DNA from: Octopus vulgaris
Taxonomy: Eukaryota
NCBI GenBank assembly: GCA_951406725.2
Contig: OX597830.1
Location: 44,206,001 to 44,270,000, forward strand
Direction of reading: 5' to 3'
Length of the DNA: 64,000 nt
The translations under genes and the position numbers were made by a program. A model generated the notes under the pieces. That model did not search any database. It was not told the DNA's origin and saw nothing but the letters and a program-made list of their open reading frames with translations. Below are positions 1 to 13,069 of the stretch, one piece after another. Positions within the stretch are counted from its first letter, which is position 1, and every line of letters starts with the position of its first letter.

Positions 1-333
1 TCTCTCTCCTCCTTGCCCTTCTTCCTCCTCATCCTCCCTACTACTCACCCATACCTTGTCCTCTCCCTCCTCGCTCTCTCTCTCCTTCTTGCCCTCTCCC
101 TCCTCGGCCTCTCCCTTCTCCTCAGCCTCTCCCTCCTTGCCCTTCTTCCTCATTCTCCTTGCCCTTCTTCCTCATCCTCCCTACTGCTCATCCTTCTCCC
201 TTCTCTTTGTTCTCCCTCCTCCTCACCTCTTCTCCCTCCTTGCACTTCCCCCTTCCTTGCTCCTTTTCTTCCTTGGCCTTCTCTCTCTTCCCCCTTGTCT
301 TCCTCATCCACCTCCTGATCATCATCCTCATCA
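1..333. repeat. C/T-rich low-complexity (polypyrimidine) tract
   Basis: Almost only C and T in degenerate CCT/CTT units; explains the Leu/Ser/Pro ORFs at 13-470. Confidence 0.9.
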
Positions 334-541
334 TTTAATGTCCACTTTTCATGCATGCATTGGAAAGACAGAATTTGTTGAGGTAGATGACTGGGGATCT
401 CCTGCCTCTTTCCAAGCAAAGTAATATTTTCCCCTAGCTGGGATTGATTTCCATAGAGGATTGGGAACAAACAACCTTACCTTTATGATGATTGTGATGA
501 TGATGCTTATTTACAGCCATCCTGTGATGATAAGACAAGAG

Positions 542-590
<49 letters not shown>

Positions 591-1548
591 TATTTATTCT
601 AAACAAGGCATATTTTGCTAAAAGTGCTCAACAGATATTCATAAAATTATAAATTTACTTGGAGCTGTGGCCAGTCTTATAGAGTAAAAAAATAGTTGCA
701 AAGATACATGATATGAAGGAAATATATATAACCCTACTTTGTTGCATGACTTCTGCTAGAGAACATTCAGGTGATGTAAAAAGACAGAATCTCTCTGTGA
801 CAATCAGTCATAGACGTTGAATGTAAGAAAACAACCTAGAATAGACAAATGTGCTGAAAAAGCCGACGCCTCTGTATCCAATGCAGATGAATATATTCAG
901 ATGAAATTGTCTCTTGAGGAAGAATTACCCCAGAGTCTTTAACAGGTAATTTGGAGGTCTTCTCTCACCAGTTGGTTTTAAAGACAAGATACACTCCCAT
1001 CTCTTTTAAGTCTATCTCTTTAGCTTCTCCATAGAATTCAGAGCCAGCATTGGCAGTTACAATGTTTCTTACTAGATTACATGTATGCAAACAATGTGAT
1101 TGAAGGTAGAAAAAATAGGAAATAGTTGTACGATCATATTTTGTGGTGATACATAAAAGCACCCGTGTGGCATTGGGTAAAAGTGTCCACATGGTGCTAC
1201 ATAAAAGTGTTCGTGTGGTACCATGTAAAAGCATCCAGTACATGCTGGAAAGTGGTTGGTGTTAGGAAGGACATCCAGATGTATAAACTATAACAAATCA
1301 GAGTGGAGTCTGGTGCGGCTTACCAGCCCAGGGCAAAAGTCCGTCCAACCCATGCCAGCATGAATAACAGATGTTAGATGATGATGATATATGTGTGTGT
1401 GTGTGTGTGTTTGTGTTTATGTATATCTTTGTGTTTGTTCCCCACCATGTTTGACAACCAGTGCTGGTTTGTTTACATTCCCAAAACTTAGTAGTTCAAC
1501 AAAAAGAAACCAATAAAATAAGTATCAAGCTTCAAAAAACAGTAAAAA

Positions 1549-1581
<33 letters not shown>

Positions 1582-1802
1582 GTTTCAGATTTTGCCACAA
1601 GGGCAGCAATTTTGGGGGAGAGGATGAGTCGATTAGCTGACCCCAGTGTTCAACTGGTACTCAATTTATCAACCCTAAAAGGATGAAAGATAAAATTGAC
1701 CTCAGTGGAATTTGAACTCAGAACATAGCGATGGGCGAAATACGCTAAGCATTTTGTCTGGTGTGCTAATGATTCTGCCAGCTCACCACCTATTATAATA
1801 AT

Positions 1803-2165
1803 AATAAGAGCTCTCAACGCAAACCTCCACCAAGGTAACACCAATGTCCTCTCAACAATTAGCTGAAGATGATTTTTAAAATGAGAACATCTTAAATAAA
1901 CTTGATTGCTCTCACAAACAAGAATACTAAAAATGAATCTGACAGCTCTCAAAAATTAAGGAAAAAAAACAGGAAAAATAATCCCGAATCCGTATCCGGT
2001 ACCAGATCAATCCCAAAATCTAATCAGATTGTGCCTGTCACAAAGCCAAACATCCCTGAAAGTTTCATCCAAATCCATTCAGCAGTTTTTGAAATATCTT
2101 GTCCACGGACAAACAAATACAACTGAAAACAATACCCCTGCCTTCGCTAAGGCAGAGGTAATAAG
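1803..2165. mobile_element. Non-autonomous Helentron-associated (HINE/DINE-1-like) element
   Basis: Subterminal inverted motif acctccacc (about 1823) vs ggcagaggt (about 2151), terminal hairpin ctgcctt-cgct-aaggcag, A/T-rich flanks; this architecture matches HINEs. Confidence 0.5.
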
Positions 2166-4165
2166 TTATTTTCTTCAACAAAACCCTTCGAGACTTGTCA
2201 TCTCTGGTCACTCTGTCCGTTAAATGGTGATGATTGGGGATCATCATCTCCACCGCACCCAACCCATTAACTATCCACAAAGGTGTTGCTTAAATAGCCA
2301 CTAAGTTTAGTGGTGTAACTCAATTGGATAGACCAGTTTTAGATATTAAACACATTCCTGGCAACTGGTATGTAAATATTAATTGCTAGTAAGGACATGT
2401 GGCCAATGACAGTACTGCCTGATTTGCACTCGTGCCAGTGGCATCCAGCTGTAGAAACTTTGCCAAACCAGATTGAGCCTGGTGCAGCCTTTGGCTCACC
2501 ACTCCTCAGTGAAACCGTCCAACCCATGTCAGCATGGAAAACAGATGTTAAACGATGATGATGAATACACTGCTAGCAATTAAGGGGCATCCATCTACAG
2601 AAAATCTTCCACAACAAATTTTGTCAGACCCATCTATGAAGGGCATGGAAAACTGAGCATTGAAGTCACAATGATGATGATGAGGAGGAGAAAGAGGAGG
2701 AGGATTCAGCACTCAAACTAGTCTAATAAGTGGATATTAGTAATTGAAAAACAAAAAACAAAATGAACTGATAGATAAATATTTTTCACGCACATTCAGT
2801 GAAATAGAGCTTTATCATCTCCCAGCTGTATCATCTTTATTTTTCCCAAAAATTTTGCCTGCATTCATTGGAGTTATTTCCTTCGCTTTTATGTTTTAAT
2901 CACTTGAAGAGGGAGTTTTTACACACTAGTTGCATGGGTAGTAGTTAATTGTTGTTTTTTAACTCCTTGTATTACATATGTAAGACCCCTATTGTGTGTG
3001 TCATGTATTTTAGCCCAGTTCTCCACCTTTTCTGCTAATTTGTCATCTTTTCTAATAAAAATGAGTCAGCTGAAGAGAGAGAGAGAGAGAGAGGAATTTT
3101 ACAGCAGTGTTGTATGAGTAATGGCAAACAACTATATAGAATGAGAGATAGGAGAGTTGATTTTTACACATGTACTGCTTCAACTCCCTAAGAATGAATA
3201 CATGTCATGTAATTTTAATGCATACTTAAATCATGTATGTATGTTTGTGTATTTGTGTGCCTATATGCACACATGTATGTTAATGTGTGTGTATTTACAG
3301 ATTGTAATTAAATGGTGACTTCTATACTGATTTCATTACAGATAGTAACTGCTGTTTGGAATCCTATTGATTTGTTTCTGTCTGTACTATATAGTAAACA
3401 TTGTACTCCAAGATTACGGACTCTCTAAAGATTTTTCTAAGCATTGACTTAGTTATGACTGCATTACTAATTTATAGTTATCACATAAGTGTTACAATTG
3501 AACGATAACTATTTTATCCCACATACATTGCTGATAAGTGGAGTGTTTGTTTATTTTATTTTATCTGTTATTTTAATTTTTTTTTTTAATAGAGAAGACT
3601 TGTTGAGTCAAGTATAACCAATATCGTAGCTGTGGCCAGTGCCCTCTGACTAGATTCCATGCTGGTGGCACATAAAATGCACCATGCGAACGTGGTCGAT
3701 GTCAGGTCCGCCTGACTGGCAACTTTGCTGGCAGCATGTAAAAAGCACCCTCCTTTATTTAAATGAGTTTTCCCACAGACATCAAGACATTGAAAGGTCT
3801 GTTAGCTTAACATGTTCACAGACCACCAGTACTACCTTTGCAGACCACCAGGGGTCTGTTGACCACAGGTAGGGAACCACTGGTCTAAATTATAAAGTGT
3901 CTCTCTTTATTTTACCAATAGGTTACATTCATCATCATCATCATTCACCAGGAACTGGTAAGGCCAGGGCCTGCACCAGGTTCCACATCAACTTTTGGTT
4001 TGGTTTCTATGGCAGGATACCTTTCCTAACGCCACCCATTTGACAGAGTGTACTGGGTGCTTTTTATGTGGCACCAGCACCCACACCCCAGTGCTTTTTC
4101 GATGGCACCTTGGTTTTAGGATCTCAATTCAGTTGTGGTGGGCATGACTTATTATTATTGCTGCC

Positions 4166-4552
4166 GAGTGGAGGTGCAATGGCCCAGTGGTTAGGGCAGT
4201 GGACTCGCGGTCGGAGGATTGCGGTTTCGATTCCCAGACCGGGCATTGTGAGTGTTTATTGAGTGAAAACACCTAAAGCTCCACGAGGCTCCGGCAGGGG
4301 GTGGTGGTGAACCCTGCTGTACTCTTTCACCACAACTTTCTCTCGCTCTTTCTTCCTGTTTCTCTTGTACCTGTATTTCAAAGGGCCAGCCTTGTCACAC
4401 TCTGTGTCACGCTGAATCTCCTCGAGAACTACGTTAAGGGTACACATGTCTGTGGAGTGCTCAGCCACTTGCACGTTAATATCATGAGCAAGCTGTTCTG
4501 TTGATCGTATCAGCTGGGACCCTCATCGTCGCAACCGACGGAGTGCTTCTAC
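4166..4552 (+). mobile_element. Full-length tRNA-derived SINE with 13-bp target-site duplication
   Basis: A-box tggcccagtgg and B-box-like gtttcgattcc; tattattgctgcc at both 4153-4165 and 4553-4565; CpGs retained (young copy). A decayed antisense copy lies at about 41720-41990. Confidence 0.85.
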
Positions 4553-6869
4553 TATTATTGCTGCCACAATAATGATGATATAGGGTTTTCATAAATGACC
4601 TAAACTAGACTGCCTCTCCCAAGCCACCAGTTTGAGGAAATTTCATTAACCCTTCAGATTTCTTCATCAAATCTATTGCTTATTTATTCAAAACATTTTG
4701 AATTGATCATGTGCTATCTTGTAAGTTTCAAGAATTCAGTGGTTTGTTTGTATATTTTTAGAATGATATTGTAGGATAGGTGTGAGAGGTTGGATGTGTT
4801 CAGTTTGAACATAAAACAGGTTGAATATTCTGGCTGGATATGGCCAGATTAAATACTGAAGGATTTAGAAACTTTCAGAAACTCAACCCCCAATGAGGCA
4901 GTGCACCATCTTGCTGGAAAAACACTGTTGTTGCAGGTGGTGCAACATTGATGCAACAAATAAAGACCATTTTGGACACCCTGTGTTGTGGTTTAAATTA
5001 GTTCAGTTTTACGTTCTGCTCTGAATTTTTAGCTGCAAGTTGGCATGGAAACTTGGAGTATAGTTACCAATCAGATGTAATTAAAATTGGTATCAATACC
5101 ATGATTATAGTGATACACTGTATATAATTGGGGATAATTAACGAGAAGAGCTCTTATGATATTCTTAATGAATTTACAGACATCATAATATTTGTTGTGT
5201 ATTGTTCAGACATCAAAGTGTTATATAATATTGTATATTCTAAAGTTAGAATATTATTGACCACGTATTGCAGTGACTCATTGCTCTGTGGCAAACACTT
5301 GGCAAACTCATAATTTCGGTTCTTATTGGAATCGTATTTGGCAGAAACTATAAATGCTGCATCTTCCCATTTCTCATTTCTGTAAGTCTGTGATGAGCCA
5401 TTGATTGACCTCTCAGCCCACTCTTTGAGCTCAAACATCCACTGACTGTTATTGTTGACAAATGTATTGGGAAAAATAAGCACAACGCAAAACAAAACAA
5501 AACAAACAAGTAGCATAAAGCGAAGCAATAAAAAAAGTATTCCATGGGAAGTATCTGTCTTTCATTTATCTTGTCTTTTACTTGTTTCAGCCATGTGGCC
5601 ATGCTGGGGCACTGCCCTGAGGAAATTTAGTCAACTGAATCAAGCCTAATACTTATTTTTTTTCTTTAAGCCTGGTACATATTCTGTCGGTTTGTTTGTC
5701 GAACTGCTAAGTTATGGGGACTAAAATACCCCAACACCGGTTGTCAAGTGGTAGTGTCTTACACACACACACACACAATGATGGGCTTCTTTCAGTTTCC
5801 GTTTACCAGCTCCTCTCATAAGTCTTTGCTTATCCTAAGGCTATAGTAGAAAACACTTGCCCAAGGTACTACACAGTGGTACTGAACCTGGAACCATGTG
5901 GTTGGAAAGCAGAATTCTTACCCCACAGCTACACCGGCACCTATTTATATATATGATTGATTGATTGATTCTAGTTTCAGCTCATGAGCTGTGGCCATGC
6001 TGGGGCACCGCCATATATATATCTTCTGAAATAATATTTCCAACACACATCTTGTGTTGTTGCAGATGTGGTTAAGCAGCCAAGAAGTTCACTTTGCAGC
6101 TACATGGTTCTGGGTTCAATCCCCACTGCTGCATGTTAGCTTTGCAGAGTGTCTCCTTTTGCAGCCTCGTTGAACCTGTTGAAGGAATGGTTTCTACTTT
6201 TGGGTGGCCTACTTAAATCTGTTTAATAGCATCACCATGGGCCAAGTGAGGGCTTAATACTATCACCTGGCCCCTAGAAGGACCATGTTTGGCTCATGGG
6301 GGCCTTTACTGTGGACTACTCTGTTGCAGGAGTTCAGGCCAAGTCACTTGTCTGTGGATAATGTTCTTCCTTCGTTCTACCTGTCTTCAAGACTCTTGAA
6401 AGAATCATCGGCTGCTTTGTCTCTCTTGTTTAAGCCATTAAAAAAAAAAAGAAAATGCTAAAAATAAATGTTTATGCTGTAATTCACTCTGTAAAATGAT
6501 TGGCATAAGGAAGGACATTCAGCTATAAGAACCATGTCAAAGGGGACAGTGGAACTTGATGCAGTCTTCTGGCTCTCCCCTGTCAAACCGTCCAACTCAT
6601 GCCAGCATGGAAAACAAATGTTAAATGATGATAATGATGATGATGATGATGATGATGACTGTCTGTGTGATAATTAATTAGTGTTATGAATGATATTCAC
6701 TATAAGTAACTATTTTAATAATACAAAGAAAATGTTTCAACTTTCAGAAATGGCTAACCTATAATAGGGAAAGCCATTAATTAAAAAAAAAAAAATTAAA
6801 TAAATATTGAGTAGATATCTTCAATTAGCTTATAGTAAAACACTGGCTGTCCCCCATCATTTCAGCCTT

Positions 6870-7100
6870 TTAACCCTTTTGTTACCATATTTCTGTTGAG
6901 ATGCTCTGTGTTTCTTTCAGTTAATTTTAAATATAACAAAGAATTTAGTAAAATAACTTAGTTATCGTTCAGCTAGTGTTAGGAACATAAATTGTGACCA
7001 AGGTTTGGTGGAAGATTATAATTCAAAACTTACGAAAACAAGAGATTTATACTACAGAGCCAGAGGTGGTTTCAGCTGGGTTTGGTAACTAAAGGGTTAA
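6870..7100. mobile_element. piggyBac-type MITE (about 230 bp)
   Basis: TTAA-CCCTTT...AAAGGG-TTAA termini; near-identical copies at 18924, 45436 and 53122. Confidence 0.85.
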
Positions 7101-7809
7101 TCCTTTCCACATCATCATCGTCATAATGTCCATTTTTCTATGCTTGGCATGGGTCAGACAGAGTTTATGGAGACAGATTTTCTATGACCAAATGCCATTC
7201 CTCTTGCCAATCCTAACCTGTTTCCAAGCAGAGTAATATTTCTCCATGGTCAAACATATTTTCCCAGAAAATTGAAAATGACTGTTACTGCTCACAGCAA
7301 TACTCATTTATAACAGTTGTGCAGTGTCAAAACAAGCATGTGGCAGGCTTCTTTCAGTTTCCGTCTACCAAATCCACTTACAAGGCTTTGGTTGATCTGA
7401 GGGCTGTAGTAGAAAACACTTGCCCAAGGTGACATGCCATAGGACTGGGTTCAAAGCCCCATGGTTGAGAAGTATGATAAAATACATTTGATTGGAGGGA
7501 CGTTCTTCCCAAGTTCTTTATTTAGTTAATTAATCAGGGCCAAATTTTAATCCTCATTATTCACCAGCTAGTACATATTGATCGTGAGTACAAAAGAGTT
7601 TTATTAAAATATGATGTGTAACCTTTCTTTATTAATGGTAACCTTAGAGGAATATCATAATGAAAATAATTAATGAACTAAAACATTGAATAAAGAATAT
7701 TGTAATTGTGTTGGCTTAATTACTAAGTAGGAATCTTATTTATTGATATAAGTCAGCTTTTAGCCAAATATATGTACCACAGCTATTTATGAAGGATAAA
7801 TGTCTTTCA

Positions 7810-8030
7810 TCATCCTCTACTCGGAAATTGAGATGCCTGCCGTTACTTGTATGATTTGAAAGTGTCTGCTCAGACTGTTTGGCCATGTAGCTTGATTTTC
7901 CGATTTAGCTCCTGCTCACCATGTTCTCTTCAAGGAAATTCTGGTTGGGCTGACAGTTAATGTTGGTCAACCACAAGGTCACAGAGGATGAGAAGGTATC
8001 GCGTGGAGGGGAGGACTGACTGGGATTCTA
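7810..8030 (+). mobile_element. Degenerate RTE-type LINE 3' fragment
   Basis: Translates LRLFGHVA*FSDLAPAHHVLFK, resembling the RLRWxGHVxR C-terminal motif of RTE-clade ORFs. Confidence 0.5.
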
Positions 8031-10989
8031 CTTGATGGATCACTTGGGAGGACCTGTGAATATACAGACAAACTGTGAATGTTGTAGTGTACTCCAAATC
8101 TGTAATGGAAGGGCTTCGATGGCTTGATGCCCTTTCTAATGCCAACCACTTAACAGTATGGACTGGGTGCTTTTTCCATTTTACTGGCATTACTGAGGCC
8201 ATTGTGCAGTTTGCAAAAGTACAAATCCCAAGGAGTCAACTAATGGTGAGTGCGGCAACACACAGCAACAGTGCATGCCCTCACACCTGACCTGACCCAC
8301 CTCAAGCACTACCCTGCCCTTCTTGTCCTTCTATCTACTGTTTCATCATTGCTATGCTCAGCACAGTCAGTCATTTCCTACTCCCCACGCCCTATCATTC
8401 TCTAGCTCTACTCGGTCCTTCTCACCCTCCCTTCAATAAACTGTGAGCTTTTCCATAGCAAGGTAGCTACTCTGGCCCTTTCCTCTCATGCTTTTACCAA
8501 TCTCTTGCCCCCTCCTTGCTTAACATAAAAGTTGACCCCTTGGGACTTGTGAAATTTTAAACTGCATGGCTTCAGTAATGCTGGTAGATTGAAAAAAGCA
8601 CCCAGTACATACTGTTAAAGGGTTGACATTAGAAAGTGCATCCAGCTATAGAAGCCCTGCCAAAGTGGACACTGGGGCACAATGCAGTCCTTGGTCGCAT
8701 TGGGTCCTGTAGGACTGTACAGCATACAGCCTATGACAACATGGACATTGAAGGATGATAATAATGATGATAGTAGTGATGATGATGGTTGTGATGTTGA
8801 TGATGATGATAGCTGCATTATGGTACACAGTGAATCAGTTAAAGTGTAATCTTGCTCCAACTCTGATTGGTTTACTGTGTTTCGTTGTCTGTAGTTGTTA
8901 CCTTTACTTTCCATTATCTCACATAATAATTGATTTTGTTATTCCTATAAATATCCAATGGTTGGTGGCATCAGAAAAGATGGAGGTGGGCAGGAAACAG
9001 ATTTGATTAGCTTAAATTTTTGAATATTTTGTATTGTTGATAATCTCAAAATAAAATTAATTTTAGGAGCTATTTCTTTTCAAAAAAAATTAATTTAGAT
9101 GATGTAAGAGAGTCATGACAGTTCTGTGATGATGTTACAAAACTTGAATTTAAATGAATGGAATCCGAATGTGGTTGATGCCAGGTCTGCCAACATCCGA
9201 ATGTGATTGATACCAGGTCCGCCTGACTGGCTCCTGTGCTGGTGGCACGTAAAAAGCACCAACCAAACGTGGCCAATGCTAGTACCCCTGACTGGCGCCT
9301 GTGCCGCACATAAAAAGCACCATCCGAACGTGATCATTGCCAGGCTTACAAAGAATAAGTCTTGGAGTCAACTTGTTCGACTAAAGGTGGTCGGTGCTCC
9401 AGCATGACCAGTCAAATAACTGAAATAAGTAAAAGAAATTTGTAGAAGTATCACCAATTTATTGCAGATAAATTTTCACCTCCCAATTGAGAACCATTGT
9501 TCATTATCATCATTTTAATGGACCTCACCAAGAGCCCTATGGACACCAAAGGGCTCTATCGGTCTCTTTGGTCGAACTGCTAAGTTACAGGGACATAAAC
9601 ATACGAACATCAGTTGTCAAACATAAACACACAAATACATACATACATATATATGTGTATATATATATGTGTGTGTGTATGTGTATGTGTATATATATGT
9701 GTGTGTGTGTGTATATATGTATATATATATATATATATGTGTGTATATCATCATCATCGTTTAACGTCTGTTTTCCGTGCTAGCACGGGTTGGACGGTTC
9801 GATCGGGGTCTGGGAAGCCAGGAGGCTGCAGCAGGCTCCAGTTTGATCTGACAGTGTTTCTACAGCTGGATGCCCTTCCTAACGCCAACCACTCTGTGAG
9901 TATAGTGGGTGTGTTTTACGTGCCACCAGCACACACACATATACATATATATATATATGCATTTGTGTATATGTGTGTATATATATATGCATATATGTGT
10001 GTATGTGTATATATGTGTGTGTATATATGTATATATATATGTGTGTGTATATGTATATATATATATATATATATGTGATGGGCTCCTTTTGGTTTCCATC
10101 TACCAAATCCAATCACAAGGCTATGGTCGGCCCGAGGTTATAGTAGAAGATACTTGCCCTAATGCCATGCAGTGGGACTGAACCCGGAACCATGTGGTTG
10201 GGAAGCAAGCTTGTTACCATTCAGCCATGCCTACGCATATTTTAACAATTCCTAATAATGTTTGATTATAAAAAAATATAATAGAATATTTTTAACATAA
10301 ATGGGTAGGAGGGTCCATCTGAGTAAAATAGGAAAGAAGGGTCCAGTGGTGAAAGAAATGATTGAGAAACACTGATGTTGATGATGATGATCATGATGAC
10401 AAACCATAATAGAAGACAAAAAAACAACAAAATAATAAGAAACTGAACATCATCTTTGTTATGAAATAAAAATAAAAATATTCCTCTTGCTGTTTTTGCC
10501 AATCTGTGTATGAAAGTTGGTTTAATCATATCCTCGATGGATACATAATTATAAAAAAAAGAACGATCGGAATAGGATATTGGCAAATCTGGTTTATTTC
10601 TGAAAACAAAATAAAATATCCTCAAGGCTGCAGAAATATTTGTAGTGTTTTTTTTTTTTAATTATTTGCTCATCAATATTTGCAGATCAATATGAATTGT
10701 TAAATTATGTAACAAATCAAGGAGGGAAAAAAAAAAGGAAATTTAAATTATTTGTGTACAGTTTAGTGAAATGTAATTTTCTAACAGACACATAGATGCT
10801 GGTTGGTTATTAAAAAGCTAAAATTTACAGATGACTATTTTTGGAAACATGAAATCATCTTTCAACTGGTCTGTCTGTTTAGTGTCTTGTGTGTATTTGT
10901 AAATATGCATGTGTATGTGCACATATGTGTATATGTGTGTGTGTGTGTGTATATATATTTATTTAAAGCAGCAGAAAATTCAACAAAAC

Positions 10990-11027
10990 CTGTTACTCTG
11001 AGTTTCACGTTCCTGTTCATCGGACAG
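10990..11027 (-). ncRNA. Minimal type-I hammerhead ribozyme-like motif (family 2) in a repeat
   Basis: Minus strand reads CUGU-CCGAUGA-ACAGGAACGU-GAAA-CUCAGAG-UA-ACAG; stem I CUGU/ACAG, cleavage triplet GUA, U4C core variant. Confidence 0.6.
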
Positions 11028-11108
11028 TTTTTGCTAGCATATTACTCTACCATTGGTATTAGAGTACTCTTTTTTCCACCTTGTTTCACATTTATGTGTT
11101 TACTCCGG

Positions 11109-11141
<33 letters not shown>

Positions 11142-11158
11142 CTAAGATGTATATGCAT

Positions 11159-11200
<42 letters not shown>

Positions 11201-11219
11201 ATTAGCATGTATGTGTATG

Positions 11220-11258
<39 letters not shown>

Positions 11259-11271
11259 CATACATACTAAT

Positions 11272-11612
11272 GGAAATTGTAGTTGTTAAGATACCTGTGC
11301 TGGTGGCACATAAAAAGTACCATCCGAACGTGTCTTAGCCAACGTCGCCTGACTGGCGTCCGTGTCGGTGACACGTAAAGGGCACCAACTGATTGTGGCT
11401 GTTTGCCAGCCTCCTCTGGCCCCTGTGCTGGTGGCACGTAAAAAGCACCCACTACACTCACGGAGCAGTTGGCATTAGGAAGGGTATCAAGCAGTAGAAA
11501 CACTGCCAGATCAGACTGAAGTCTGGCACAGCCTCCTGGCTTCCCAGATCCCTGTCGAACTGTCCAACCCATGCTAGCATGGAAAACGGACGTTAAACGA
11601 TGATGATGATGA
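11272..11612 (+). mobile_element. SINE-like retroposon with (GAT)n tail and internal about 62-66-bp modules (family C, representative copy)
   Basis: Ends ...ccaacccatgctagcatggaaaacggacgttaaacgatgatgat; related copies at about 1150, 2430, 9750, 21634, 27130, 27460, 48585 and 53970. Confidence 0.8.
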
Positions 11613-11632
11613 TATACATACATATACACACA

Positions 11633-12010
11633 CAGGGTGTCCCACTGATGAGTTTCAATTTTTTATAATTTCCTTAACTTTACAAACAAATGCATGAAAT
11701 TTTGACACAATATAAAGAACATAAAGGAAAATTAATATGTGCAAGTCAAATTTTGCGACACCACTATTTCACATATGAAAAATAACATTGCTTAAATGGC
11801 AGCTATTTTCAGCTTTGCCCACCCATGCTCTTTCCAAAACTTGCACCATAACACCCTCAAGAGTTTTAGACCCCACTTCTCTGATTTCTTTATTGATGTT
11901 CTCCTTCAGTTGCACAAGGGTCTCCAGTTTTTTGACGTAAACCTTCTCTTTCAGGTATCCCCACAACAAAAAATCTGGGCTAGTCTGGGGAACTTGAAAG
12001 GCAGTCAAGG
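11633..12010 (-). mobile_element. Tc1/mariner (rosa, DD41D-like) transposase C-terminal relic with terminal repeat
   Basis: PDFLLWGYLKEKVYVKKLETLVQLKENINKEIRE...; end motif cagggtgtcc at 11633. Confidence 0.8.
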
Positions 12011-12022
12011 TAGATGTCACAC

Positions 12023-12157
12023 AGGTTTCAGCAAGATGGGGCAACTGCTTATGCTGCAAGAGAAATAGTGTGGTTGCTATGCCAATGCTTTGGAGAGAGA
12101 AGAATCTCCCATTACGGCAATGTCAACTGGCCTTCATGTTCCCCAGACTTGACTAAC
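12023..12157 (+). mobile_element. rosa/DD41D transposase catalytic fragment, inverted relative to the adjacent relic
   Basis: RFQQDGATAYAAREIVWLLCQCFGERRISHYGNVNWPSCSPDLT; spacing from QQD to the expected SPDLTxxD gives D41D. Confidence 0.8.
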
Positions 12158-12239
12158 CAGGTTTCTATGGCTGGATGCCCTGTCTAATGCCAACCACTTT
12201 ACAGAGTGTGTTGGATGCATTTTATGTAGCATCAGCACT

Positions 12240-12565
12240 GGTACTTTTCATGTGGCACTGGCACAGGTACTTTTCATGCGGCACCAGTGCGGGTACTTTT
12301 CATGTGGCACCGGCACAGGTACTTTTCATGTGGCACCGGCAATTTTCAATGACACCGGCACAGGTACTTTTCATGCGACACCGGCACAGGTACTTTTCAT
12401 GTGGCACCGGCACAGGTACTTTTCATGTGGCACCAGCACAGGTACTTTTCATGTGATGCCAGTACAGGTGAATTTCAAATGGTGTCAGTGTGAATGCTTT
12501 TCATGTGGGGCTGGCACAGGTGCTTTTCCCATGGTACCAGTGCCTTTTCTGTGCTTTTCATGTGA
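12240..12565. repeat. 26-bp minisatellite (GGTACTTTTCATGTGGCACCGGCACA), about 12 copies
   Basis: Direct tandem units decaying to the right; the unit is a variant of the family C SINE module ggtgctttttacgtgccaccggcac. Confidence 0.9.
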
Positions 12566-12638
12566 TATTTTCAAAATTAATTGGAATAGAGGTAAGGTAT
12601 TTCAACAGGAATATGATAACAAAATTATTAGAATTGTT

Positions 12639-13025
12639 AGGAGTGGCTGTGTGGTAAGAAGCTTGCCTCCCAATCACATGGTTCCACGTTCAGTCCCACC
12701 GCATGGCACTGTCAGCAAGTGTCTTCTTCTACAGCCCTCAGGCCAACCAAAGCCTTGTGAGTGGATTTGGTAAATGGAAACTGAAAGAAGCCTGTCGTGT
12801 GTGTGTGTATTTGTATGTCAGTGTTTGTCCCCTCCACTATATCTTGACAACCAATGTTGGTGTGTTTACATCCTCCTAATCTTGTGGTTTGATGAAAGAG
12901 ATCAATAGAATAAGTACTAGACCTACGAATAATAAGGCCTCAGGTTGATTTGTTCAACTGAAGGCACTGCTCCGGCATGGCCGCAGTCAAATGACTGAAA
13001 CAAGTAAAAGAATAAAAGAAATAAA
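12639..13025 (+). mobile_element. tRNA-headed SINE (most abundant family A)
   Basis: ggagtggctgtgtggtaag A-box, gttcagtccc B-box, internal (TG)n, tail gactgaaacaagtaaaagaat; more than 15 full or partial copies in the window. Confidence 0.85.
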
Positions 13026-13069
13026 CTACTTTCCATCTTTCTCACAATAATTTTTTTTTTCTTCTTCAG

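Noticed and set aside
836-1243. Minus-strand ORF continuing about 43 codons past an in-frame TGA (possible selenocysteine or readthrough)
   Set aside because: The 5' part derives from a SINE, there is no recognisable protein and no SECIS was seen; chance or decayed sequence is more likely.
10484-10599. Exon-like segment on the minus strand with a strong acceptor (NKPDLPISYSDRSFFYNYV...)
   Set aside because: No convincing GT donor at the expected end and no recognisable homology.
9487-11338. Long Cys/Val/Tyr/Ile or His/Thr-rich ORFs (also about 29577-30023, 43036-43645, 47493-47920 and 54443-54793)
   Set aside because: Translations of (TA)n, (TG)n, (CA)n and (CAT)n microsatellites.
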